DNA from: Podarcis vaucheri
Taxonomy: Eukaryota
DNA length: 64,000 nucleotides
Direction: 5' to 3' (one strand)
Assembly: GCA_965113315.1 (NCBI GenBank)
Contig: OZ220363.1
Position numbers and translations under genes: made by a program. Shown one piece after another: positions 51,637 to 63,887 of this stretch. The notes below the pieces were generated by a model. It had not been told where the DNA came from, made no database searches, and was given only the letters and a program-made list of their open reading frames with translations. How positions within the stretch are numbered: the stretch's first letter is position 1; each line of letters begins with the position of its first letter.

Positions 51637-53165
51637 ACTGGTTCACCAAAAAGGGAAGGGGTAGGGTGACTCTGGTGCACTTACAGTCCATTATTTTAAC
51701 CCTTGACGTATTCCCCAAACCTATTGCACAGGTGAACCATGATGCTGTTTGCACATCACACTCTGTCTCTTCTTTGGTGCCACCATTTGATGGCAACCAC
51801 TGGTGTGCAAGCCAGCCAAGAAAGCCACTCAGTTGCTAGTCATCAATGCCAGCCAAACAGGTCAGCCCATTTCAGAAGTCTCTGATTCCAGCTTGTCATA
51901 ATAAATTAAAACACCCTTGAATCCACAACTCATTCTTGGAGACATTTGGTTGCATCCAATGTTGTGCAAGCAACATCCCACTCATGCAGTGGGATTTCCC
52001 CTTCCTCTTATCTCCTCACGCACTCACAGAAACTTCTCCAGAGGGTCTTCCAACCCATATTTTGATGGGACTGGGGGGGGGGAGACTGCAAGGAAGAGGG
52101 AGAGGAGGGGGAAGTTCCATTGCAGAAGCAAACGTTTGCTGCACAAGGAGGTGGAAGCATTGGAGAGGATCCATTGGTGTAATCAACTGCTTCTATGAAA
52201 TCTGTAGCATTTATTGAGAACCACTGATTTTATTTTATTTTTAAAGTAAATATGACTTGCGTATTTGTGAACTCATAGTGTACACCAGCTGCTGAATTTG
52301 ATTTTTCTAGTTTGGAAATAGCAGCAGCAGCAGCAAAGGGGTTTACTAGTGCAAATAATTTCCCATTTAAAACAGTCAATGTAAAATTAATGGCTTCTGT
52401 CTAAAGATTCCACATTGCAATTATGTTTCCCTTGTGCAAGCATGCAATGGGGAAGTGCTGGCCTTTTACAGTCCCTGGTGCCTCTCAGTCAGTCTGAAAG
52501 GCCAAAAATTAAAGTTTTGTTTTATTAACCAGTTTGGGGCACTTTTAATTGCTGGGGTAGAGAGTTAAAGGCATGTTTGGATATTTTGGAAGGTGTTTTG
52601 GCTCTGGTATGGAAATATGTTAAGGAATGACAAAGACTCAAAGAGTTCTGACTTGTCTTTGTTCAATAGCCACTTGCAACACAATTCAGTACCTCAAAAA
52701 GGCACTAAACTGAAGTGTGGGAATATGCATGTTTATTTAAATTAGTTAAGCAATTCAGCAAATGATTGTTTAATTGGTTGATAAAGTATAAATTATTCCT
52801 TCAGTGACCCACCTTACAGGGTATAAATCCATAAATATTTTTGAAGGTGAGGTCCTAAAGGGTAAAAGTCACAGTTGTATTAATCTAAAGACATGCATCA
52901 AACAGAAAGCATGATCTAGTTTTCTATCTCATAAGTTGGCTCTTGAAACTGCACTCTGACTCAGAAGTTAATACCTATATGAGTAATCGTTAAAGTGCAT
53001 TCTCTTAATTTTTCTTGCATGCCACTCAATGATGTGATAGTAATTTGTTAACTGCTCTTACATCTACTTTCCCAATCTTGTTTGCAGATTTTAGTAACAA
53101 AGTTATTCCTTGCCTTAGTTCCCTTTCTAATGGAATTGTAACACAACTACCTCTCATGAGGAAAC

Positions 53166-53212
<47 letters not shown>

Positions 53213-54561
53213 AAAGCACTTTGCATAACAAAAGCTCAGCGCTTTTTAAGTGCCATGATATGCCAGGTATGTCAACACAGATAGTACGATTGCTATTTTT
53301 TTAAAAAAAAACCAGAAATGTTAAATAATGGCCACTTCACAACATCAACTCTTGCCAAATATCATAGGTAAACCTCAAGGTCACACTTCTGCTCAGGCCT
53401 GTTCTTGACACTGTGTCTTATTTACACCTTTAGAGGGTGGAAAGTTAGGCAGTTGCACTGTTCACACTTTTAAGTGACATTCTGAACAGTCTTCACTTCT
53501 CTCTGTTGTAGGAAGCTCAGGGTGGGGTGGCGCCATTTTGCCTTCACCACAACAGTGTGGTGGACCATAAATGGAGCCGAGAAGGACCAACTGCCATTGG
53601 TTCTCCTTCAGACTTGTCTCCTGCGGATAAAATGACATAACCCAGGGCTACCCAGTATTCTGCGCCCTCCCCAGTGTGGTAAACTGCAACTCCTGCCATC
53701 TCTAAGCAACCTGGCCCAATGACCAAGGATGATGGGAGTTGCAGTTGACAACATCTGGGGGCACCCTGTTGGGTACCCCCGGCAGACCACGCTCTGAGCT
53801 TCTTAAAATGGAGATAAGAAATGGAAGAAGCAGCATTGAGAGTGTTAACATCATCATGAGTATTTCCCATTTCTAATTCAGGGATGACGCAGTTGTGGCC
53901 CTCCAGATATTGGACTACAACTCCTATCAGACAGCGATTAGGGGTAATGGGAGCTGTAGTTCAACAGCATTTGGAAAGCCACAGGATCTTCAACCCTGTT
54001 CTAGCTGAAGGTGCCAAATATCCTCTTCTCTTTTTTCTAGCTGTGAAACTCTTTCCTGCTTCTGTGAAACAAATAAAGCAAGGGTGACCCTGCAATATAT
54101 CAGTTCTACTAAGCAGGAGGCTACAATATCATTTAAGTGTCTTTACATTAAGCACCTTTAATTAGCTTTCTGATTGGGCACGCATTGTGGTTTGTTCTCT
54201 TCGGCTTTTGAAAACAAACCTTGTTTCTCAATAATCTGTGCAACTGTTACTCAATGTGTACCTCTCTTCCTACTGAAGCCTGCAGAGAAGCCACAATAAA
54301 CTTGCAACACAGACGTAACATCATGCACCAGAATGACTCCGCTGAGTCGATGACTTAGTGACTCAGCAAGGAAAGTTCACTGCAGGACAAATGGGTAGGA
54401 ACCATAAAGAAGTATAGCGGGAATGGATCTGTGGCACTCGCAGCCAGGGGGAGTGGGGAATGGATAATCACAACCCTAGGGAGCCGCCGTTTGTCCACAG
54501 ACAGCTTTTCAGGTCATGTGGCCAGCATGACTAAACCGCTTCTGACAGTGTTGGACTAGGA

Positions 54562-54697
54562 TAGGCATGGCCAAACTTGGCCCTCCAGATGTTTTGTGAC
54601 TACAGTTCCCATCATCCCTGACCACTGGTCCTGTTAGCTAGGGGTAATAGGAGTTGTAGTCCCAAAACATTTGGAGGGCCAAGTTTGGCCATGCCTG
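54562..54697. mobile_element. Short palindromic hAT MITE; older relatives near 4237, 5627, 29467, 31975, 50380, 51110, 53640 and 53878
   Basis: Same family; perfect TSD gactagga; shared core actacaactcccatc ... gatgggagttgtagt. Confidence 0.88.
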
Positions 54698-55076
54698 GAC
54701 TAGGACATGAGATACCAGGGTTCAGAAACCTTAGCTGTGTGCACTGTGTACCCTCAAAGCACATTGTTTCCCGCAAAGAATTCTGGGGAATGTAGTTCAC
54801 CTCTCATCGTTACAATTCCCAGCAACCTTTAAGTGGAATACAGTGCCCAGAATTATTTGAGAGGAAAGAGTGTGCTTTGAGTGTGCCGCCACTAAACTAA
54901 TCTGGGAATATCCATCTGTGCATGAATATGGCACTTTGTTTAATAAAGATTAAAAGCCAGACTCTCCCAAACTGTTAGTCAAACCCTCCTCACAGTAGAC
55001 CTTCCATTCAACTAATTAAACTAAATGTTTTAAAGAGGTTTCTATTGTTTCTATTGTTTTGTTAGTTGCTACCCTG

Positions 55077-55181
55077 GGCTACGGCCATACTGATCTCATC
55101 TGATCTCGGAAGCTAAGCAGGGTCAGGCCTGGTTAGTACTTGGATGGGAAACCGTCTAGGAATACCGGGTGCCATAGGCTT
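55077..55181 (+). pseudogene. 5S rRNA pseudogene with about 15-nt internal deletion
   Basis: Matches vertebrate 5S (CTACGGCCATAC...GATCTCGGAAGCTAAGCAGGGTC...TTAGTACTTGGATGGGA...GAATACCGGGTG...TAGGCTT) with several substitutions and no T-run terminator. Confidence 0.9.
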
Positions 55182-55183
55182 GA

Positions 55184-55431
55184 GAGCCAGTGTGGTGTAG
55201 TGGTTAAGAGCGGTGGACTCATAATCTGGTGAGCTGGGTTCGCTTCCCCCCTCCTCCACATGCAGCTGCTGGGTGATCTTGGGCCAGTCACACTTCTCTG
55301 AAGTCTCTCAGCCCCACTCACCTCACAGTGTTTGTTGTGGGGGAGGAAGGGAAAGGAGAATGTTAGCTGTTTTGAGACTCCTTCGGGTAGTGATAAAGCG
55401 GGATATCAAATCCAAACTCCTCTTCTTCTTC
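55184..55431 (+). mobile_element. tRNA-derived SINE, Squam3-type, with (CTT)n tail
   Basis: A-box tggtgtagtggtt, B-box-like gggttcgcttccc, CORE-like centre, CTT tail. Confidence 0.8.
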
Positions 55432-56195
55432 AACCAATTAAACAATCATTTGTTGTAGGTCGCACTGCAGTAGTCCAAGTGGGAGATAACTAGAGCAGAA
55501 AGGTGTCTATCCCCTGCCCTCTAGTCTGGAGGTGATGTCATCAAGATATTTGTTTCTAAATATCTAGTTACCATGTCCATTTTCTTCAAAGATAGATATT
55601 GTATGAGTAAATACCTGAGCTTTATGTTGTGTGCCCCCCGCCCCCATTCACATGAAGGGTGGGATGGGTTTAGATATAAACAATCAATAAATCAGTTCTG
55701 AGTTGCACCATAATTGTCCAGCCTTAGGTGGCTGTGCTGGTGGCTGTGCCTTCCCCAACTGTCGACTGTGGCTCCACACCACCTGTGAGGTCAGAAAAGG
55801 ACATGGCGGGGGCTGAGGGAGAACAGACCCACCCACTTTGACATCACTGGGCAGTGGGCTCTGTGTAAGTCTCCGGTTTGGGCCCTGAAATCTTAGGGTG
55901 TGGGGTGCTCCTGACCTGGCAACACTGCTGCTAAGGAACTGCTAGAGAATTTCTCCTCCGTCCCCTGCCTAGAACCAGAGCTGATAATTTCGAAAGTTTC
56001 TTTGCACCTTTGCTCTCCTTAAGATTCTTGTATTTGCTTTTCACATTGTCGTTATTTGATACATGGTGGTAAACTAGCTAGCTAGCTAGCTAAATAAAAT
56101 CACCCCCTGAAATCATTGAACAATGAAAGCAACTATGCATTGTTTTTTTAAAAAATAAAATAAATCTAAAGCATAGAATGTTTCATTCAGAATTA

Positions 56196-56424
56196 CAGTG
56201 GTACCTCAGGTTAAGCACTTAATTTGTTCTGGAGGCCCGTATTTAACCTGAAACTGTTCTTAACCTAAAGCACCACTTTAGCTAATGGGGCCTCCTGCTG
56301 TTGCTGCGCCGCCGGAGCACAATTTCTGTTCTCATCCTGAAGCAAAGTTCTTAACCTGAAGCACTATTTCTGGGTTACCTAAAGCGAATGTAACCTGAAG
56401 CATATGTAACCTGAGGTACCACTG
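56196..56424 (+). mobile_element. Tc1/mariner MITE
   Basis: TA TSD; TIR cagtggtacctcaggtta / taacctgaggtaccactg. Confidence 0.88.
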
Positions 56425-56472
56425 TAACCCAGTATTCAGAGTACACACACTCATAAAAAAACCCTTCAAGAT

Positions 56473-56488
56473 CCAGCAGGTGGCGCAC
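56473..56488 (+). promoter_or_regulatory. Candidate CTCF site
   Basis: CCAGCAGGTGGCGC, an essentially consensus CTCF core. Confidence 0.55.
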
Positions 56489-57621
56489 TGCTCTCACCAT
56501 AAGAAAAGCTGCTGTTTGCTCTCCATGCTAATTTATTATTGGATTTCAGAGAGACAGAGAGAAAGAGTGCGCACAAAGTAGAGCTCTGATGCTATGAGGC
56601 TTATCCTGGGACTCTCAGCTTTATTTATTCTCTTCAAAATAAATAGTTTACTCTGCTTAGGAAAGCATCTCAGTATGAATATAAACTGGCGGATGTACGA
56701 AACGTTTTAAACAGCTGCAAGTTCTAGTTGACCTTACAGGTGATAAATTGTCTGTTTCAGCCTATACTGTAGTTATGTGACCTGATGGCAAATTTCACTT
56801 TGTAATCATGTGTCTCTAATGCAGTTTGTAAAGGCTGCTGTTGAAGTGGTGCAAATGTGCTTTAATATTTATGGTGCGGATGTGACCTTGGTTCTGCCTA
56901 TCTTGGGAGAAGGAAGCTGTGTGAAGAAGATGGAGCATATTGGGCCAGAACACATGGAAAGGAGAGAGAGAGAGACCCGTTCGTTTCTTACCCCACTCCC
57001 CCTAATTAATGGGTGATAGAAGGGGGAGGCAGTAGTTAAAATAAAGAAGCGTCCACCTTCTCAGCCACAACAAAGGTTTCTATCCTCACCTGCATGACAG
57101 GCAGATAACACACTGCAGAGTGCCATCTCTAGGCACTAACACATCACCATCAAGACCTTTCTCCTAAATGTTTAGGCATTCATTGAAATCTCCACCCATT
57201 GATTCTAACACCGTCCCCCTGGAACAACAGAGAGGAAGTCCACTCCATTCTTCTGTGTTGACAGCTCTCGGTGGTGGCTGGTGGCTAGTGGGGCAGAAAG
57301 CTAGTAGACCAACAGTAGGCAGAGCCAATGAAGGCAGGCAGGTAGGGAAAGGGCTCCAACTGAAGGCAGGCTGTGGTTGAGGAGCAGTGTCCCATTTGTC
57401 TTAATGGACCAGCCTCCGCTGACAGTTCTTCAGATAGTTGTCTCCTCCTTAACCTTGTCTTCCCCACCCCAGGCTAAATATATTTAGCTCTTTCAACTTT
57501 TCCTCTGAGGATGTGGTTCCTTCCTTCCTTCCTTCCTTCCTTCCTTCTTTTCTTCTTTTGTATTTTCCAAAACAGGAACACAAACCATAGTTAAGCTCCC
57601 CATTCCTCTGTCCCACTTAGA

Positions 57622-57852
57622 ACTTCGTACCATTTATTTATTTATTTATTTACAGCTATTAGCCCATAAAATATATACAAGCCTTTACAAACTGCATTAG
57701 AGACACATGATTACAAAGTGAAATTTACCATCAGGTCACATAACTACAGTATAGGCTGAAACAGACAATTTATCACCTGTAAGGTCAACTAGAACTTGCA
57801 GCTGTTTAAAACGTTTCGTACATCTGCCAGTTTATATTCATACTTCGTACCA
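57622..57852 (-). mobile_element. Insertion of a LINE-like 3' tip with (TAAA)5 tail plus a 165-bp inverted copy of 56672-56836, bounded by an 11-bp TSD
   Basis: TSD acttcgtacca at 57622-57632 and 57842-57852; copy differs from donor at 2 positions. Confidence 0.85.
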
Positions 57853-57926
57853 AATACAGCATGTATACATACACCATATGACTTCCCTTCCCCCCTTTTC
57901 CTGGTTCCTTTGCTTTTTTACTACTC

Positions 57927-58183
57927 CAGGGGTCAGGAAACGTTTTCAGCAGGGGGCCGGTCCACTCTCCCTCAGACCTTGTGGGGGGGCTGGACTATAT
58001 TTTGAAAAAATAAATAAAAATGAAGGAATTCCTATGCCCCACAAATAACCCAGAGATGCAGTTTAAATAAAAGGACACATTCTACTCATGTAAAAACATG
58101 CTGATTCTCGGACCGTCCATGGGCCGGATTGAGAAGGCGATTGGGCCGGATCCGGCCCCCGGGCCTTAGTTTGCCTACCCATG
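57927..58183 (+). mobile_element. hAT-Charlie MITE (OC1/nhAT-like)
   Basis: caggggtcaggaaac ... gtttgcctacccatg termini; TSD tactactc/tactgctc. Confidence 0.8.
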
Positions 58184-58529
58184 TACTGCTCCATGTAATC
58201 CACATCTTTTTAATCTTTTTTAGGATCTGGTTTCTAGAGGACTCACCATCCCTTGATCATGCTCCAGTCAGCATCCCTCTTTAAATTTGGTGACCAAATA
58301 GACACTGTACTACAGATGCAGCATGACCAGTGCAATATAAGGTAAGAAATTTTACTTCTCCTATTCTTCAAACAATATTCAGAGATTAGGCTTTAAAAAG
58401 CACCTAAGATTAGGACTTGGGGTGGGGGGAGGTGTCAGTGTTTTGTTTTTACTAAAAAAATAAAAAAATACCCCAAGGTCGAGTGAGATATATATGACTT
58501 TAGGAAGACATAGCAGCAGAACAGAGTAT

Positions 58530-61500
58530 ATTTCGTAGGCATCGTGCTTTTATTCTTTAAAAGAGGTTATGCTTCACAGAAACAATGGCAAAGAAGGATT
58601 AATATAGTAAAATTGCCACTTTACAAAAATACACTTTCAGAAAAATGTAGGTATTCAAAAATACAACATTCAAAACTCATTATTTACAACCAGAGGCAGC
58701 AGCAGTATTGAGCAATAAAAAAAATAAATATTTTACTTCTTACAGTATACACTAAGGTTAGACCAGGTACAAGTTTGAAGACTGACATCATCACTCAGTT
58801 CCATAACTATGTTTGAAGCTAGTCTCTTAATGAACATAAAAACATTCCTATTTCTATTTAAAAAAGCACAGCTTTTATGGAAACTTGCAGGTTTGAAACG
58901 CTACATATTCCCCACTCTGGAATGGCGCTATGCCCAACCATTAAGCATCTCTGAACTCTAAGAGTTGTGCTTTCTTCTGATATAGGCATCTTACCCAATA
59001 CATTCAGGATCCTTCAAATTCAATTTATTGCACTTCTGTCACATTCCACCAACAAAAAATAATAATACTCCTTTACTGGCAGAGCCATAAATTTGTGGCG
59101 CCTGCTAGCACAGAATATGTGTATTCCTTTCAGAAAGGTTCATACAAAAGAAGATCACACAGCACAGACATATACATAAAGTATTTCAAAACACAAATAT
59201 GAAGCTTGTGGCAGCATCCAGTTAAATATATTTTTTCCCTGCAAGGCCATTTATTTTTCACATTAGAATTGCACAGTACAGGCAATAGGCATGGGGCTTC
59301 AATATAAGATGATTTCAAACTATACCAGTGATTCCTTAAAGAAGGGGGGGGGGTTAAGAAGGAACATTCCTCACATACATATAGGCATTTCTCACTCAAC
59401 TTGCAGCAACAGAAGGGTTACTGCTAATTTTACAAAGTTAAGCAAATGGCAGGACAGCAAATAAGAGGGCGATAGGTTGATCCATAAAATGAATTTTAAG
59501 GATAGGCTCTGTGACTCACAGTGCCAAATACATGAATTAAGAACCAGTTCACACATGCAGTATTTTATCATTGGTTGACTACAACATCAAAGCGATGACT
59601 TAAGCCACCCTGCATGGCTTCCAACATATACAAAACCATAATAAAACATACAGAGCTGCCTTCATATGTCTTCTAATGGTTGTATAGTTACTTCTCTCCT
59701 TCCCATCTAATGGTAGGGCATTCCACAGGTGGGTGCCACTGCTGAGAAGGCCCTCTGCCTGGTTCCCTGTAACTTCACTTCTTGCAGTGAGGGAACCGCC
59801 AGAAGGCCCTCAGAGCTGGACCTCACTGTCCAGCCTGAACAACAGACATCTAAAGACATAGCTCTTCTTTAAATATATGTATTTAATAGTCTCATCACCC
59901 TCCCAGATTCAAAATTTCATGGAAAATTAACTTTGAAAATATATACCCAAATTTTCATTATCTAATACCCATTGTTTTCTGACATCCTCCCTTCCATTAA
60001 GAATCACAGACATATTCTACAGCCTCATTCTAATTTTTGGCACCAAAAAGTACACAATCCAAGCTTATCCCAACAGCAGTGGTCCTTGGCTAAGATTCTG
60101 GAATATGAAACTGGACAAATGTAACAAAATGCCATTTCTAACATTTAACTATAAATTTGCATTTGAAGCATTAAATAAATGGCCACTTTTAAGGCAACAT
60201 ATAATGAGAACTTTAAGTTTCACAGTATATATGTTCGATTGAACGCCTCTCTTATTTGGTTAATAAAAGACCAAACAAGAAACAAATTCTATACACATTG
60301 CACCAACTAGTTTACAAAATTCTGTGGGAAATGCTTCAATGAACTTGGTCCAAGATTCTCTCTTGTTTGAAGGGTAACAGCACACGGTTTAGAACATAGA
60401 AAGTGGCCTTGTATCAGGTTGGATCATTGGTCCACAAAGCTAAATATAATCCACACCAACTGACAGCCGCTTTCTATAGTCTTGGGACCAAACTACAGCT
60501 GTGCCTTCTACTGAAGGGTTTTTGATACAGATTTCCAGTGTGAAATGGAGGGGGCAAACATCCTTCCTATGGTTCCAATCTAGATTGGGTCCCCTGCTGC
60601 TGCAATTTGCAATAGGGGGAAAATTCTTATTGAAGAAAACGAGTTATTCCCCACCAATCAAAACTGCAGGAATGGGTGGAAGCAATCCAAATTGTTACCA
60701 CAGCAAGGAGTTAAGGGTTTAAATCCCCTTCCCCTTCTCTCTGCTTTACTAATTTCTGTAAAACCACCACCACAACTTAAATGCACAGCTCTATAGCCAA
60801 CACAACAGGTTGTGTGGCTTGGTTGTAGCTGGAGATGCTAGAGAAATATGCTTCCCTTCGCAAACATTTTCTACAGTCACACAATGCTCATAATGTACCT
60901 TAGCTTAGAACAGATATACTTAGCACATTTCGGTTTTCAGGAATCCCTACCCAACATAGTAGCAATCCACTGGAGAGACATTTGTCATGCCCTGGATGGA
61001 GAGGGGGCTCACTGCTGCTCAAGGAACCTGCAGCAAGCCAGGAGGAACTTGAGAAGCTCAGTATCCCTGCAAGTGGGCATTAATGCTCCAGATCCCATGG
61101 AGATTTTCAAAGACATGCCTCTCTGGCCTGTAGTCACACTTGAAATCCCATGAGGAAGAAAGCTCTAGGTCTATGTCATGTGAGGTCTTGTGGCTTAAGT
61201 CGCAGTTCTTTAGATGACCTGGAAAGCTATTCATCTTGTGAGATTTACTGAAGGGAGGGGGGAAAGTGTGGCTTGAGCAGACAATATATCTTAGCACAGA
61301 ATAAATACGCAGAATATTACATTCAGGATTCGCTTTGAATGCAAACCTTAAATGCTCTAGTTTCTTCAGTTACTTTGCATACCATCTGCACAGACTACAA
61401 AAGTCCTAGGTGTGGTTGCATCCTGACCTTCTCCATGTTCTCTCAGTTGTGTCTTAGATGCATAAGGGCTTGCATGGCAGGCGCAGGGAGAGTGACGTCA

Positions 61501-61783
61501 CACAGTGGAACATTGACCAGATCCCATTTTCCAGAAAAGAGAGGGTGGAGGGTAACTTTTCATTAACCAGGCAAGGCAGTCTGTGGACATCATGAACCAG
61601 CTGGAAATTAACCTTTGAGCATACCAATGAAGTTAATTTCCAGTACTCTACTTTGGGCTCTTAAATACTGTGCTCCGCATCATGTGAGGTAGAGAGAGAA
61701 AGAAAGAAAAAATCAAAACAAATGCAAAACAAACAAACCAACAAAATTTCCTCCCCTTTCCTCTTCTGTGGGGGTGTGCAAAT
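58530..61783 (-). other. Probable ACVR1C 3' UTR (AU-rich, miRNA seed sites, AATAAA at 58549-58554)
   Basis: Follows the stop codon; repeat-poor; let-7, miR-181, miR-27 and miR-25/92 8mer seed matches; end point inferred. Confidence 0.6.
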
Positions 61784-61909
61784 CTAAGCTTTGGAATCTT
61801 CTTGTACGTAGAGCTGAGAAATGGTCTTCTTAATGCGAAGCGCTGTCAGTCGAGCTGCCCCATTGGCGTACCAGCACTCACGCATGATCCGGCCCATTAC
61901 TCTGAGTGC
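61784..61909 (-). CDS. ACVR1C: Activin receptor type-1C (ALK7), last coding exon (end of kinase domain); rest of gene lies beyond the window
   Basis: Acceptor ttttctcaag at 61910; [41 protein letters not shown]; not in the ORF track; synteny with CYTIP. Confidence 0.96.
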   Translation of the reverse strand, partial: ALRVMGRIMRECWYANGAARLTALRIKKTISQLYVQEDSKA

Positions 61910-62007
61910 CTTGAGAAAAGAGCAAAAGCAGAGTAAGACGCGCACATCCATGGTTGTCGCAGTGCTTCAGCATGAAAATTGCCAACAGGAACAAGATGGA
62001 TTCAGAA

Positions 62008-62011
<4 letters not shown>

Positions 62012-62057
<46 letters not shown>
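62012..62057. repeat. (AT)n microsatellite flanking the Penelope element; partner tract at 63890-63946
   Basis: Direct reading. Confidence 0.95.
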
Positions 62058-62063
<6 letters not shown>

Positions 62064-62226
62064 AGGGGTGTGGTGTATAGCCTCCAACGTTCTGGGCAGA
62101 GAGGAAGTTCCTAGATTAGTGTGCCTTTTCTTCTTTTGTTCCTTAATTACTTGAGGGATATCTTGGGTGATTTCATGAGTGATATTCTGAATACCACTGG
62201 GTGGGTCATTAAGTGTAGATTAGTTG

Positions 62227-63393
62227 CTAAAGCTTTCGTGTCTTGACCTCTTGAGCTTGTGAAGAGTTTTTCTGAGAAGATGGCTGTGCTGCATTTAGTT
62301 GTGCTCTGGCTTGGCTTCGTGTATAGGGGCGAGCTGTGGTTTTGTGCCTTGTGCCAGCCAGATCTGTGTAGGGATTGCAGGGGGGTGCAGCATCCGGAGG
62401 TGCCACTATAGTTTGGCTACTGGATGGAGTCTGTAATATGTCTGTGGAGAGGGTCTGGGTTTGGGTCTGGTGTGGTTGATTGGTGACGGCGTTCTGTGTG
62501 CCTCTGGTTCTGGTGTCGGTTTTTGTGGGGAGGGCTAATTTCCAGATGTCTGGCAGGCGGGACGTGTCGTCACGCTTGTTCATGTTGTGAGGGTGTTTCT
62601 CTATCTCGATGGCTTCCATGATTATTCTCTTGTGGTGATGTTCCATGTTAAAGAGCAATTTGGAATCTGCAAAATTAATTTCGTGTCCTGTTTCTTTCAT
62701 GTGTTGGAAAAGAGAGGAAGTTTTTTCTTCTTTTTTGACGGCATTCTTGTGTTCTGCGATACGTGCATTTATTCGTCTGTTTGTTTGTCCAATGTACGTG
62801 GCTGGGCAGACTTTGCAGGGTATTTCATAGACCCCTTGGTTTTCCAGCTGGATTTTGTCTTTTGGATTTCTGAGGATATTGGCTATTTTTTGGTTGGTGC
62901 AGAAGGCTGTTTTGATATTGTGTTTATGGAGGATTTTGCTGATTTTGTCTGTAGTGCCCTTGATATAAGGAAGGAGGGCCATGCCATTGTTTTCTTCTGT
63001 GTCTTGGTTTTTGGGGGGTGTTTCTTTTTGGATTAGCTTCGTAACCCTGTTTTTCTGGTATCCATTGGCGATTAACACATTTGAGAGATTCTGTAACTCA
63101 GTTGTCAAGTGGTCTTTGTCAGCCAGGCGTTTGGTTCTGGAGATGAGAGTCTTGGCTACGGAGTTTATTTGTGCAGGGTGGTGGTGTGATTGTGCATGTA
63201 AGTAGCGGTTGGTGTGTGTTTTTTTCCGGTAGATAGTGTGTCCTAGGGAGCCATCAGGTTTTTTGTAGATTAGGACGTCAAGAAAGGGGAGTTGGTTGTT
63301 GTCTTCTATTTCCATAGTGAATTGTATTTTGGGGTGTAGGCTGTTGAGATGTGTGAGGAAGCTATCTAGTTTTTCTTTCCCGTGTGGCCAAAT
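62227..63393 (-). pseudogene. Penelope-like ORF remnant: RT end/thumb + GIY-YIG endonuclease, stop-free but truncated just after the expected catalytic Y-x-D-D motif
   Basis: IWPHG...IQFTMEIE...LPFLDVLI...YRKKTHTNRYL...GVYEIPCKVCPATYIGQT...RIAEH...MEAIEI...NMN. Confidence 0.9.
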
Positions 63394-63769
63394 TACACAG
63401 ATCTGGCTGGCACAAGGCACAAAACCACAGCTCGCCCCTATACACGAAGCCAAGCCAGAGCACAACTAAATGCAGCACAGCCATCTTCTCAGAAAAACTC
63501 TTCACAAGCTCAAGAGGTCAAGACACGAAAGCTTTAGCAACTAATCTACACTTAATGACCCACCCAGTGGTATTCAGAATATCACTCATGAAATCACCCA
63601 AGATATCCCTCAAGTAATTAAGGAACAAAAGAAGAAAAGGCACACTAATCTAGGAACTTCCTCTCTGCCCAGAACGTTGGAGGCTATACACCACACCCCT
63701 CAACAGTATTTATAGGAACTCAAACACCAGATTCTGCTCTGTTCCAGTAACAAGAAGCCGAAAGCACCA

Positions 63770-63807
63770 GCCTGAAGATGACGAGTGAGACCTCGTCGAA
63801 ACGTCGC
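63770..63807 (+). ncRNA. Minimal type I hammerhead ribozyme motif in the Penelope pseudo-LTR
   Basis: CTGAAGA (63772-63778), stem II GACGAG/CTCGTC, GAAA, CG, TC cleavage site; helix I only about 2 bp in this copy. Confidence 0.65.
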
Positions 63808-63887
63808 ACAGACACCCCGACTCTTACACGGGAAGACACCCGAAGACACCAAAACCTGCATTCCTGTACCCGTGAAAATCTACGAAA

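Noticed and set aside
55077-55181. Functional 5S rRNA gene
   Set aside because: Single copy, 15-nt deletion, several substitutions, no Pol III terminator
63394-63465. N-terminal 24 aa of the 412-aa ORF (62227-63465)
   Set aside because: Read from the antisense strand of the inverted pLTR; the Penelope frame starts at the 63393 junction, so this is not a real start or a full-length RT
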